DNA from: the human T2T-CHM13v2.0 reference genome, Homo sapiens
Assembly (NCBI RefSeq): GCF_009914755.1
Contig: NC_060932.1
Strand: one strand, 5' to 3'
Length of the DNA: 64,000 bases
The translations under genes and the position numbers were made by a program. The notes beneath the pieces are model-generated. The model was not told the DNA's origin. It made no database searches and saw only the letters and a list, made by a program, of their open reading frames with translations. Below, piece by piece: positions 1-12,876 of this stretch (positions are counted from its first letter, which is position 1; the number at the start of each line of letters is the position of its first letter).

Positions 1-45
1 AACTCAACATGTCTAAAAATGGCTCTACATTTTTGAGTTACATGT

Positions 46-379
46 TGCTATGGTATAAATGTTTATATCTCCCTAAAATTCATTTGTTGAAATCTTTACC
101 TCTCAGGTAGTGGTATTAGGAGGTGGGGACTCATGGGGTTGAAGCCCTCATAAATGGGATTGGTACTCTTATAAAAGAGGTCCAAGAGAGGCTCCTTGCC
201 CCTATGCCATGTGAGATTAGAATGAGAAGACCACTGTCTATGAGGGAACAGGGCTTCATCAGACACCAGCTTTACCAGCACCTTGATCTTAGACTCCCCA
301 GACTCTGGAACTGTAAGAAATGCATTTCTGTTGTTATGTCTATGGTATTTTGTTATAGCAGCTTAAATGGACCAAGACA
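46..379 (+). mobile_element. MaLR solo LTR (MLT1A0/MST-like)
   Basis: Starts TGCTATGG, ends AAGACA; internal GGTATTAGGAGGTGGGG and ACCTTGATCTTAGACTCCCCAGACTCTGGAACTGTAAGAAAT resemble the MLT1A/MST consensus. Confidence 0.85.
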
Positions 380-424
380 CACCTGTAGGCTTTAAATGTT
401 TATATTTGAAAATAAACGAGAGGA

Positions 425-427
425 AAA

Positions 428-464
<37 letters not shown>
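425..464. repeat. (AAAT)10 microsatellite
   Basis: Perfect tetranucleotide run read directly. Confidence 0.95.
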
Positions 465-466
<2 letters not shown>

Positions 467-1299
467 AAGACTCCACAGCCTAGTGGATAGGCTCTGTTCC
501 CGGACTTGCTTCTCTTCCTGTATTCTGAGTCTTAGTTAATGACATCATTTCTGACTTGTAATTCACAATCAGCAATTGCTACTTTGCACTCACCCAAACC
601 CTGCCCACTTGAGATTAGGGATCATTTTTCTAATCCAGCTGTTTCTTCTACCTCTGCAGCCTTTACTTTATCTTAGGTGTGTGTCACCTGCCTTGTTTGC
701 CTGCCCTGCCATTAGTTTTTCTCTCTTCTGTTTATTTCTTCCTCTTTATTTACAAGATTTATAATTCTCCAAATTTGACGATCTTAATGCGGTATCTAGA
801 AATATAGATCAGCTTTCTATCATTCATAATATAAAATCCAAACTCAAGATGGCTGGCAAGCTCTTTCAAACAGAGCTCTTGTCTATCCATACCAATATAA
901 TATTTTAAAAAATAATAGTAAAATGGTTGTGGCCAGCTTGCTTTACCTGCCTTCCATTTCTCACACTGAAGCAGTCTAAGAGCCAAATTTGCAGAGTCAA
1001 GATGAGAACAGTAGCTTTGAAAGTGCAAATTGAGGCTGAGAAGGAAAGATACAGCTCTTGTTTGGGACATCTTGCTTCTTACCCTCTCCGTGGTCCCTCG
1101 GTCTATCTAATTCCTTACCTCTCTACCAACCTACTCCTCCATCTACTCTCCTCTTGTATTCAGCCTCAAGGGGGTAGTATAGCCACTGATGCTAGAGGAG
1201 AGGCTTACTGGAAGAAAGAATCATCAAGACCTAAATTTAGGGTAGATTATTAAAAACAAAACAAATATAACCAAACCAAACCCAACCAAATTAAAGCAG

Positions 1300-1426
1300 C
1301 AGGGCACAAATGGTACATGCCTGCCTATAATCCCAGCTACTCAGGAGGCTGAGGTGGGAGAATCACTTGAGTCCAAGAGTTTGAGACCAGGCTGGGCAAC
1401 ATAGTGAGACACCATCTCTACAAAAA
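1300..1426 (+). mobile_element. Alu monomer (FLAM-like)
   Basis: Single arm: TAATCCCAGCTACTCAGGAGGCTGAGG...GGGCAACATAGTGAGAC then short A tail. Confidence 0.85.
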
Positions 1427-1486
1427 GTAAAGATTAAACCTTTCTCACTGCCAAGATACACAGCCTGCTAGTATCTCTGATATATT

Positions 1487-1834
1487 TGTTATGAGTTGAA
1501 ATATGTTTCTCAGAATGTGACTGTATTTGGAGATAGAGTCTTGAAAGAGGTGATTACAATAAAATAAGGTAATTAAGGTGGGCTGTAACCTAAAATCACT
1601 GGTATGTTGTAAGAAGAGGAAATCAGGATATAGACATGTAGAGATGGAAGATCACATGAAGACACAGGGAAGAGACAGCCATCTACAAGCCTCAGAAAAA
1701 AAGAAGCCTCAGAATAAGCCAACCATGCCAACACCTTGATCTTTGACTTCTAGAACAGTGAGAAAATAAGCTTCTGTTGTTTAAACCACCCAGTCTGTGG
1801 TACTTTGTTATGGTAGCCCTAGCAAACTAACACA
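1487..1834 (+). mobile_element. MLT1B-like solo LTR
   Basis: GAATGTGACTGTATTTGGAGATAGAGTC...CCACCCAGTCTGTGGTACTTTGTTATGGTAGCCCTAGCAAACTAACACA. Confidence 0.85.
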
Positions 1835-1858
1835 ATGCTACTATAAGAAATAATAATA

Positions 1859-2222
<364 letters not shown>

Positions 2223-2789
2223 TTAGTGTGTGCCATGTTTTGTTTGATATGGTCTATGTTTTTAAACTTATTTAGTACTCACAACAACTGTAAGACAGTA
2301 TTACTTTTATTTCTTGTATGTGGATGGGGAAGCTGCAGTAGAGAGGTTTAATGTTGTGTTAAATAGCTAGAAAGAACGCAAAAGTAGAAACTAGGTAATC
2401 AGAGAAGTTATGTGTAGTCTTGCCCTGAAAATATTAAATATCAACTGTTTCCACAAATCAATAAAGGAAACAAAGACAACTCAATACAAAAATAGGCAAA
2501 ATACTTGAAGTTTCACAAAAGGTGTATCTACATATCTACGTGACCCATAAATATATGAATGGCTGCTAAGCCTCTGGTGGGTATGTAGTGCTACTGCATT
2601 TTATTTTTTACTTTACTAAGAAATGCAAATTTAAAAGGAATTGAGATTGAATGTACTCTGTGCTGCCTGCCACACCCCTTTTTATGTTCTAAGCTTGAGA
2701 CACCTCTGACTTCCTGCATTGCTGCAGGGAGAGTACCATGATCCTGGAGTTTTTTAAGACTTTGAAGATGATACTCTCCCTCCTCTGCC

Positions 2790-3085
2790 TTTTTTTTTTT
2801 TTTGAGACAGCGTTTTGCTCTTGTCACCCAGGCTGGAGTGCAGTGGCATAATCTTGGCTCACTGCAACCTCTGCCTTGGGGTTCAAGTGATTCTTCGGCC
2901 TCTGTCTCCCGAGTAGCTGGGATTACAGGCACCCGTCACCATGCCTGGCTAATTTTTGTATTTTTGATAGAGATGGGGTTTCACCATGTTGGCCAGGCTG
3001 GTCTCGAACTCGTGACCTCAGGTGATCCACCCGCCTCAGCTTCCGAAAATGCTGGGATTACAGGTGTAAGCCACCGTGCTCGGCC
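2790..3085 (-). mobile_element. AluS (Sq/Sp-like)
   Basis: poly(T) then reverse Alu ending CGGCC; TSD TCCTCTGC. Confidence 0.93.
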
Positions 3086-3586
3086 TTCCTCTGCTCTTGA
3101 CCAAAATAAAATTGCACCATCACTGTGACTCAGATGAAACCTCTCTGTTTTCCTCTGGGTTCCTATTGTACTGCATATGCCCCTTATCATAGTACCCACA
3201 TTGATTGTAATTGATACATCTGTCCCTCTCATTGGGCAATTAGCAATGTGGGGTCAAGGACTGACCGAATTAACATTATAGTTTCCTGAAGCATTGAGCA
3301 TGTGGCTATAATATATTCTGTGGTTGACACATATTTGTTGAAATAATCCTAACACCTTATTATGCTCTTTTGTCAGATTACTTTTCAGGTTTATGCTGGG
3401 CTATGGCTATGATTTCAATGAATAGCTGAAAATTAAGAGTTTGATGTTTTGTAAATAAGTACCTTAATGGATTTATTTGGCATTGTCTACCAACAGTGCT
3501 TATTGATTCTGCTTTCAGGAGTTTTGTTCTCCACTTATGAACTAACCTAAGTTGGTTTGGCCTTTATAATTGTCCAGTTGTTTTTA

Positions 3587-3913
<327 letters not shown>

Positions 3914-4268
3914 CTACAATCTGAAAGGACTAGAGGTGGATAAGGACAAAAAGCCTGGGCTGCCACAACCTTGCCACATATGGGTGTTATATTACAATGA
4001 AAGTGGGTCTCAGATGAGAGTGTGCCACACATTTGAACACTTCTCAGCAAGCGACACAGTGATGTAACCTGTTCTGCTGGCTCCTGACGTCCCTTTTCTC
4101 TGTCATTTTGGGTATGCCACAAGCACCTTGAATGAAAAGTACATGATGATGGCAGGAAAAGTTAACCTTCCAGCTGAATTAGATATTAAATTCTCCATAA
4201 GGAAGATAACTAGAAGCTGAGTTTTGATTCTAAGACATAACTTGAAGATGTTAAGTTGCTGGGCTCAC

Positions 4269-4306
4269 CAGGTTATTTTACTGTACACCTGGAAAGGTGA
4301 AGATAC
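4269..4306 (-). pseudogene. Candidate exon of decayed minus-strand gene
   Basis: Minus strand: ATGTTCTGCAG|GTATCTT...AACCTG|GTGAGC; 38 bp; phase fits the exon at 5287-5524. Confidence 0.4.
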
Positions 4307-4599
4307 CTGCAGAACATATTTAAGCAACCGCATTTCCTGAACACCACTCATTTTACCAACGAAAAATCATTTCTGATACTGTCTTTGCCAGTTAGAAATG
4401 CTTTAGAAAGCACTTTCATTTTTGACGTGCTTGCAAGCCCTAAGAAGACTCTTGATTAGGATCTTTCAAATGTTAACTAGCTGCTATTACAGTGTGAGCT
4501 TCTAGTTAAAATCTTCCAAATGTTAATTAACTGCATCTAGGATATAGATTAACTACACATACACATAACTATTTATACTAAAGTACTTAAAAGAAAATT

Positions 4600-4910
4600 A
4601 TAGTTGTACACAATATTGCCATGGAATTTTCCAGAGTTGTACCAATTTACACTCCCAGAAGAAAATGAGAGTTCTAGTTGCTCCACATCCTCACCATCAT
4701 CACTGCATTCTTTAAAATTTTTAATTTAGCCAATCTGATGGGTACATACTGCTACTATATTGTATTTTTAACTTGCATTTCTCTGGTAGTTAACAAAGCT
4801 TAGCAGCTTTTCATATATTTATGGGTCATGTAGATACGTAGATGTGCTTTTTGTGAAACCTTTCAAGCCTTTTGCCTATTTTCCTATTGAGTTATCTTTA
4901 TTGATTTGTG
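4600..4910 (-). mobile_element. Old L1M (L1ME-like) fragment
   Basis: GTTGTACCAATTTACACTCCCAG...GTTCTAGTTGCTCCACATCCTCACCA, reverse of L1 ORF2 C-terminal region. Confidence 0.7.
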
Positions 4911-5286
4911 GAAACAGCATATATTTAATATTTTCAGTGCAAGAATATAAATATTTTCTCTGATTACCTAGTTTCTACTTTCACAGTTCTCCTTCATGTT
5001 AACGTGGTTGTTTATCAGTAAGAATTTTATCTAGAGTTGGATTATGCACCAGTCACATTATATGATCTTAGTGGAAAGCTAGGGGAAATGAGAAAACATT
5101 TCATGTTTTAAAATGAATGTACGTTAAATTCATTTTGTTTTATCAAATGTTTGGTAATTAGAAATTTTTATTAATACTAATCTAAAATATTAAACAATAG
5201 AAATCCCACAGAGGGGAAAATAAAAGGAAGATGTATGGAAGGACAAAAGTATCTGCAACTTACTAATCTTAGATATTATGACTTAC

Positions 5287-5524
5287 TCATACAACCATGT
5301 TTTGTAGAACCATAATTAGAATGCTTCTTTCTGACACACTGGTGTTGTTAAATTGCTATCAGATCCTTCTTTTAAGATATTTGGCCATCAAAATTCACTA
5401 TGAATCCCCACAGCTTTTCCTTCAAGTATATCTTCCAAATGAATCAGTCTTCTGAGTGCTTTCTACTTGGCAATTCCTTTTAAGTTCCAAAGGTTTCAAC
5501 ATCACTAGAGCCCTTATTTTTCTT
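5287..5524 (-). pseudogene. Candidate exon of decayed minus-strand gene
   Basis: Acceptor CTTTAATGTTCGCTACCCTTTCTCTGATGCATAG| and consensus donor ATGA|GTAAGT; 238 bp non-repeat; all frames contain stops. Confidence 0.55.
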
Positions 5525-6794
5525 CTATGCATCAGAGAAAGGGTAGCGAACATTAAAGTGGCATCATGATGCTGATGAAAATATAACTAGTTTTTGCAAT
5601 CGGAAAAAGGGAAATTTCTAGAACAAGCTTCCTCCAACAGAGTTTTCAAGCAGCAACTGCTGTCTAGGCATTCCCTGAAATGTTTCTAGAAGGAGGTGAG
5701 TTGATGTTACTAGCAATGACTTGAGTTCACCAAAGTTTTATAGCTTCCTGGGGAACAAAAGATTTAGATAATTATTCAGTGTTTCAATACAGTAAGAGTC
5801 TTTCAGATTGCTAAAAGATCATTAGCCTACCTTATGAAATATTTTATCATCAAATTTGAGCAATAATAATAAGATTTCATCCTGTTTAATGAAAAATGAG
5901 ATCCAAGAGTGACCTTTATCTTAAATTTTATTCCTGTAACCACGAGTATTATTCAAGGTTTGTTCTTAGATTACTGACTTTTAAAAATTTTTCAAATGTT
6001 GGGTTGTGAATAGATACAGAGGTCTGTTTATGCATCAGGTATTTGAAACAGTGGATATTGTCTAATTTTCCTGAAAGGTTAGGAAGATTCCCCAAGGAGA
6101 TAGACCTTGAGAAGAGTTTGAAAGAGTAGATGACTTGACAGAGGCAAAATTAGAGTGTAGGTGAGAAATGGAGTGTAGTAAAGGGCATACACAGGTAAGT
6201 TTAGCAAGTCAACTTGCTGAGGGCAAGCTTAAAATGACAGCTTTGAAATCATATTCAAAGTACCCTGAAGGAACTGTAAATCAGTTCTGTGGATGATAGG
6301 TTTTACAAGGCATATCACTGAAACTTGCTAAAATAACTGCATTTTAGGTATGCTATGAGAGCTGAGCTGTGCTTTAATGAGCTCTATACTTAAGCTATCA
6401 CTGTTCCTTTTGTGTGCCATAGTCACATTTTCTTCATCTCAATAGACACTGTACATTATTTTAATTATATCTTATTTCTTTTTTCTCAATTGTGATATTA
6501 TTTCTAACTACAGCATCATATTTTATGAATCTCAGTTTTTTTAAGTTTACATTTCTTTAATTACTCCATTGTAGACAATTTTTTTGGCCATAAAATTTGC
6601 ACAGACATCTTTTTTTTTTTCTTATTTTACCCTTCTCCACAAACTTGTTAGGTTAGCTCAAGGAATTTTATCATCTCTATCTATAATCTCTTCTAATATT
6701 ATAATACCCATTGGAAAGTCCTCCTTTATATCCATCCAAAATCTCTCACGTTGCCTTGCCTTCTTTTATGTATTAAGTAGACACTAAGAACAGG

Positions 6795-7271
6795 TTATTG
6801 TCTTTGAAATAGCCATTGTGGGGTGGAGCCAAGATGGATGAATAGGAACAGCTCCAGTCTACAGCTCCCAGCGTGAGCGACCCAGAAGACAGGTGATTTC
6901 TGCATTTCCAACTGAGGTACCAGGTTCATCTCACTGGGGAGTGCCAGACAGTAGGTGCAGGACAGTGGGTACAGTGCACCGCACGTGACCCGAAGCAGGG
7001 AGAGGCATCGCCTCACCCAGGAAGCACAAGGGGTCAGGGAATTCCCTTTCCTAGTCAAAGAAAGGGGTGACAGATGGCACCTGGAAAATCGGGTCACTCC
7101 TACCCTAATACTGCGCTCTTCCAACGGGCTTAACAAATGGCACAGCAGGAGATTATATCCCGCACATGACTCGGAGGGTCCTACACCCACGGAGCCTCGG
7201 TCATTGCTAGCACAGCAGTCTGAGATCAAACTGCAAGGTGGCAGCCAGGATGGGGGAGGGGCGCCTGCCAT
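6795..7271 (-). CDS. L1 antisense ORF0, open and extended to 158 aa
   Basis: MAGAPPPSWLPPCSLISDCCAS...IRVGVTRFSRC matches the primate L1 ORF0 N-terminus; stop lies 25 bp outside the element. Confidence 0.6.
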   Translation of the reverse strand: MAGAPPPSWLPPCSLISDCCASNDRGSVGVGPSESCAGYNLLLCHLLSPLEERSIRVGVTRFSRCHLSPLSLTRKGNSLTPCASWVRRCLSLLRVTCGALYPLSCTYCLALPSEMNLVPQLEMQKSPVFWVAHAGSCRLELFLFIHLGSTPQWLFQRQ

Positions 7272-9857
7272 TGCCCAGGCTTGAGCAGGTAAACAAAGCA
7301 GCCGGGAAGGTCGAACTGGGTGGAGCCCACCACAGCTCAAGGAGGCCTGCCTGCCTCTGCAGGCCCCACCTCTAGGGGCAGGGCACAGACAAACAAAAGA
7401 TAGCAATAATCTCTGCAGACTTAAATGTCCCTGTCTGACAGCTTTGAAGAGAGTAGTGGTTCTCCCAGCACGCAGCTTGAGATCTGAGAATGGGCAGACT
7501 GCCTCCTCAAGTTGGTCCCTAACCCATGAGTAGCCTAACTGGGAGGCACCCCCCAGTAGGGGCGGACTGACACCTCACATGGCCCGGTACTACTCTGAGA
7601 CAAAACTTCCAGAGGAACAATCAGGCAACAGCATTTGCGGTTCACCAATATCTGCTGTTCTGCAGCCACTGCTGCTGATACCCAGGCAAACAGGGTCTGA
7701 AGTGGACCTCCAGTAAACTCCAACAGACCGGCAGCTGAGGGTCCTGACTCTTAGAAGGAAAACTAACAAACAGAAAGGACATCCACACCAAAAACCCATC
7801 TGTACATCACCATCATCAAAGACCAAAGGTAGATAAAACCACAAAGATGGGGAAAAAGCAGAGCAGAAAAACTGGAAACTCTAAAAATCAGAGCGCCTCT
7901 CCTCCTCCAAAGGAACGCAGCTCCTCACCAGCAATGGAACAAAGCTGGACGAGGAATGACTTTGACGAGTTGAGAGAAGAAGGCTTCAGAAGATCAAACT
8001 ACTCCGAGCTAAAGGAGGAAGTTCGAACCAATGGCAAAGAAGTTAAAAATTTTGAGCTGAAAACCATGGCACAAGAACTACGTGGTGAATGCAAAAGCCT
8101 CAGTAACCGATGCGATCAACTGGAAGAAAGGATATCAGTGATGGAAGATGAAATGAATGAAATGAAGTGTGAAGAGAAGTTTAGAAAAAAGAGAATAAAA
8201 AGAAACAAACAAAGCCTCCGAGAAATATGGGACTATGTGAAAACACCAAAACTACATCTGCTTGGTGTACCTGAAAGTGACGGGGAGAATGGAACCAAGT
8301 TGGAGAACACTCTGCAGGATATTATCCAGGAGAACTTCCCCAATCTAGAAAGGCAGGCCAACATTCAAATTCAGGAAATACAGAGAACACCACAAAGATA
8401 CTCCTCGAGAAGAGCAACTCTAAGACACATAATTCTCAGATTCGCCAAAGTTGAAATGAAAGAAAAAATGTTAAGAGCAGCCAGAGAGAAAGGTCGGGTT
8501 ACCCACAAAGGGAAGCCCATCAGACTAACAGCTGATCTCTCGGCAGAAACTCTACAAGCCCAAAGAGAGTGGAAGCCAAGATTCAACATTCATAAAGAAA
8601 AGAATTTTCAACCCAGAATTTCATATCCAGCCAAACTAAACTTCATAAGTGAAGGAGAAATAAAATACTTTGCAGACAAGCAAATTGCTGAGAGATTTTG
8701 TCACCACCAGGCCTGCCCTAAAAGACCTCCTGAAGGAAGCACTAAACATGGAAAGGAACAACAGGTACCAGCCACTGCAAAAACATGCCAAATTGTAAAG
8801 ACCATCGATGCTACGAAGAAACTGCATCAACTAACAAGCAAAATAACCAGCTAACATCATAATGACAGGATCAAATTCACATATAACAATACTAACCTTA
8901 AATGTAAATGGGCTACATGCTCCAATTAAAAGGCACAGACTAGCAAATTGGATAAAGAGTCAAGACCCATCAGTGTGCTGTATTCAGGAACCCATTTCAC
9001 ATGCAGAGACACATACAGGCTCAAAATAAAGGGATGGAAGAAAATCTACCAAGCAAATGGAAAACAAAAAAAGGCAAGGGTTGCAATCCTAGTCTCAGAT
9101 AAAACAGACTTTCAACCAATAAAGCTCAAAAGAGACAAAGAAGGCCATTACATAATGGTAAAAGGATCAATTCAACAAGAAGAATTAACTATCCTAAATA
9201 TATATGCACCCAATACAGGAGCACTCAGATTTATAAAGCAAGTCCTTAGTGACATACAAAGAGACTTAGACTCCCACACAATAATAACGGGAGACTTTAA
9301 CACCCCACTGTCAACATTAGACAGATCAACGAGACACAAAGTTAACAAGGATATCCAGGAATTGAACTCAGCTCTGCACCAAGCAGACCTAACAGACATC
9401 TACAGAACTCTCCACCCCAAATCAACAGAATATACATTCTTCTTAGCACCACACCACACCTATTCCAAAATTGACCACATACTTGGAAGTAAAGCTCTCC
9501 TCAGCAAATGTAAAAGAACAGAAATTATAACAAACTGTCCGGCCACAGTGCAACCAAACTAGAACTCAGGATTAAGAAACTCTCTCAAAACTGCTCAACT
9601 ACATGGAAACTGAACAACCTGCTCCTGAATGACTACTGGGTACATAACGAAAAGAAGGCAGAAATAAAGATGTTCTTTGAAACCAATGAGAACAAAGACA
9701 CAACATACCAGAATCTCTGGGACACATTCAAAGCAGCGTGTAGAGGGAAATTTATAGCACTAAATGCCCAGGAGAGAAAGCAGGAAAGATCTAAAATTGA
9801 CATCCTAACAGCACAGTTAAAAGAACTAGAGAAGCAAGTGCAAACACATTCAAAAGC
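6820..9857 (+). mobile_element. L1PA4-like LINE-1, complete 5' end, 3'-truncated within ORF2
   Basis: GGAGCCAAGATGG start, full 5'UTR including the segment absent from L1HS (~7590-7720), ORF1 MGKKQSRKTGNSK, ORF2 endonuclease region, abrupt stop after CATTCAAAAGC. Confidence 0.95.
7847..8854 (+). pseudogene. L1 ORF1p with 22-codon deletion and frameshifted C-terminus
   Basis: ORF1p sequence up to ...EIKYFADKQ; a +1 insertion (CAAATTGCTG vs CAAATGCTG) then shifts the frame. Confidence 0.9.
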
Positions 9858-10225
9858 GGCTTTGAGGGGAGGGGTAGTATGCACTCCTTGGACTTCTTCC
9901 ACTTCAGGCTCCCACACTGTGATCAACAATCATTGTCTTTGTGGTCTGCACTCATGGTGCAGATGATACCTAGTGGTGGCTTTGCTGGGTGGCATGTTTG
10001 GTTCCAGTGTAACCATACAGTGCAGGAGACAGAAAATCCCACAGTGATGCAGCTTCTCTTCTTCCCCCATCCCTTGTAAGTGATCCAGCTGCTTCTGCCT
10101 GCCCTTGCAGCACACCTTTCTGGAACTAGAAAGTTCCCTCCTTATTCTGGAGGCCCAGCAAGCTTATGAATGAGTCCTCCCCACACTCCTCTTGAGTCCT
10201 CAGTCACTACAGAAAGGATGAATCC

Positions 10226-10656
10226 TATTATCTTAGAGCTGACTTAGCAAATTAGCACACACTTGGTGGCTTAAAATAACAGAAATATATTCCCTCACAG
10301 TTTGGGAGGCTGGAGATCCCAGATCAACCTGCCCACAGGGCCTCTCCAGGGCTCTAGGGGAGAATTCTCCCTTGCCTCTCCCAGCTCCTGGTGTCTCCTG
10401 GTGTTCCTTGACTTGTGGCTGCATAACTTTACCTCATGCTTGATATGGCCTCTCTTCTCCCTGTGTCCATGTCTTCTGTCTCTTATAAGGACACTTGTTC
10501 TTGTGATTTAGGGCTCATCCAGATAATATAGGATGATCTCATCTTGAAATCCTTAACTTAGTTACATCTGTAAAGACCCTTTTTCCAAATAAGCTCCCTT
10601 TCACAGGTTGCAGAGCTTAAGATGTGAACCTATGTTTTGAGGGCCACCATTCACCA
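10226..10656 (-). mobile_element. MLT1C-like solo LTR
   Basis: GGTGGCTTAAAATAACAGAAAT...CTTATAAGGACACTTG...TAAAGACCCTTTTTCCAAATAAG. Confidence 0.8.
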
Positions 10657-11999
10657 AGAGACAGTAGGGGAGAGTCTGAGGTCGATGGTATAACTATTCA
10701 TGCCATGCTGCCATATCTCTGGCTTCCTCCAACTCATTTGGGTGAGACCAATTTGTAGGTTTGTCACTCTAAAGGCGTAGACAGGAAATAATTCTAACCC
10801 CTGTTCTTTTAAATGCCCTCTAAACTTCATGAGGAGCTTACTTGTGTTTTGTTCCCTCCGTCCCAACCTCTCTCACCCCTACTCCCTTAAAATTCTGCTC
10901 TAAGAGGTCAAGGGGAACAAAATCCATCAGTTTTCTCACTGTTTGTACTTACACTGTTTTGTGCTTGCAATGGTCACTACTCCCTTTCTTACCATCCCCC
11001 TCTACACCCCCCTTTCCCCACACCAACCCGATCAATTTTTTTTTCTATGCACAAAACTATCTCCAATCTTTTGGTTTTACATTAAGAATAGAGCTTCTCT
11101 AGATGTAGCAATTTAGGGTCAGGATCTCTGCTGTTGGGGTGAGCCCTCTACAATACACTGGAAACCAGTAGGTTTCGCCTCCAGATGGGAGAACCCACAG
11201 TAACGGGAAGGACTCCACCCCACTGACACTTGGCAACTCATCCTGTCCCACTTACAAATTGAGAAAGCTCACTCATCTCCACTTAAAAAATGCTCTACTT
11301 TTAGTTGTTTTAAGTGCCTAGCGGTTGCTTGAAAACCTTAAATCATTTCAGTTCTTTTTCATTTGAGAAGCATTATCACCCACAAAAAAAACATTTTAAT
11401 ACAGTTCTTTCAAATGGAAAATAAAGTGATTTGGGGCTGATGACAACTCAGGAACCATTTCTAATCTTTCGAAATAAATGAACCCTTATCTGTCCTTTTT
11501 GAGTATTTTAATGGGTTTGTGCAAACTGCTACAAGATTGATTTGGCTGCAGTTTCGCAGAGTTGGTTAGAATGAATCTATCAGACATAGAGTTGGTGCCT
11601 TAGCAAGGAAAGTGCAATTGGGATTTTGTTCCCACGGCCCCCAAATTTAGAATTTATAAACATTGTAAAAATGTATTTTAAAAGATTTCTCCTTTCTGCA
11701 GCTCAGAAAATGTCTCTTCTCAGCAATAGAAATGGGTGGAGGAAGAACATCTAGGAGGCCAAAGATTTCCAGCATCTGAAAAAAGAGATGGTTTGGGGGT
11801 GTGAAAGGAGTCATCCCAGGAAGCTGGGAGAAGTGGAAATTTGGAGGTGGAGGGACAGACAAAGAGGACTGAAAGGGCTGAGCACATGATAGAGAGTAGG
11901 GAGAGTGTGAAGACAACAGAGGGTTCTGGCATAATGTTGTGTCAGCCGAGGGAATGTGCCTACAGAGATCCCCCAAAGGCTGTCAGCACACCCATCCAC

Positions 12000-12481
12000 T
12001 TGCCAAATTATCACAAACTTAGCAGCTTAAACAACACGAATTTATTATCTTACAGTTCTGCAGTTCAGAATTCCAACATGAGTCTCGCTTGGCCAAAACC
12101 GAGGCGTTAGCAGAACCACATTGCTTCTGGAGACTCTAGGGCTGAATCCATTTCCTTGCCTTTCCCAACTTCTAGAAGCCGCCCACATTCCTTGGTTCAC
12201 TGCCTCTTCCTCCATCTTCAAAGCCTGCAACGTTCCTTCTCTATGACCCTACTGTGTTTGCCAAATCTCCCTCTGACCAAATCCAGGGAAGATTTTCTGC
12301 TTTAAGGACTCCTGTGATTAGATTGGGCCCACCTGGACAATACCAGGATACTCTTCCCCATCTCAATGTCCTTAATTGCATGACATTTGCAAAGCCCCCT
12401 TTGCCATATAAGCTAACCTTTTCATAGATTATGAGGGTTAGGAAAAAGACACTTCAGGGAGCCATTATTCTGCCCACCACA
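12000..12481 (-). mobile_element. MLT1D-like solo LTR
   Basis: CACAAACTTAGCAGCTTAAACAACACGAATTTATTATCTTACAGTTCTG...GCCATTATTCTGCCCACCACA. Confidence 0.85.
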
Positions 12482-12561
12482 GATGGCATGAGTTACCCGG
12501 TCCGGGGCAGCTACAAGGGAAACTTCACCGACATCCTAGCTCCCCACCATCTATCATGTGA

Positions 12562-12647
12562 GATATTTCTTGTGAACATAAAGTGGATGTTTCCCACTTT
12601 ATGTTCCTGTGATATTTTCTGTGAACATAAAGTGGGTGTTTCCCACT
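12562..12647. repeat. 49-bp-period duplication containing a perfect 13-bp inverted repeat
   Basis: GAACATAAAGTGG at 12574 and 12623; its exact reverse complement CCACTTTATGTTC at 12594. Confidence 0.9.
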
Positions 12648-12876
12648 GTGTCTGGGTGTTTCTACTTGCCTGTCAAAAAAAGAATCATGGAACTTCTGTC
12701 CCCATCTCCTAGAGACACCTGTGGCACGTTCAGGGAGGTGAAGCAAAACCGCTTGTTAAGAGGAAGCTTTCCTTGCCTGCCTGGCTTCCCATACTGAGGC
12801 TCAGCTGGAGGATTTGAGGCTAGCTTTCCTGGTGCCTATTGTGGTCTGTGTGCAATAATCTTGCTTGCTTACTAAC

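Noticed and set aside
9858-10130. GC-richer segment after the L1 break as a processed pseudogene or 3' transduction
   Set aside because: No recognisable parent, poly(A) or TSD
12562-12665. CRISPR-like repeat or miRNA hairpin
   Set aside because: Eukaryotic context, only two direct copies, stem too short for a pre-miRNA
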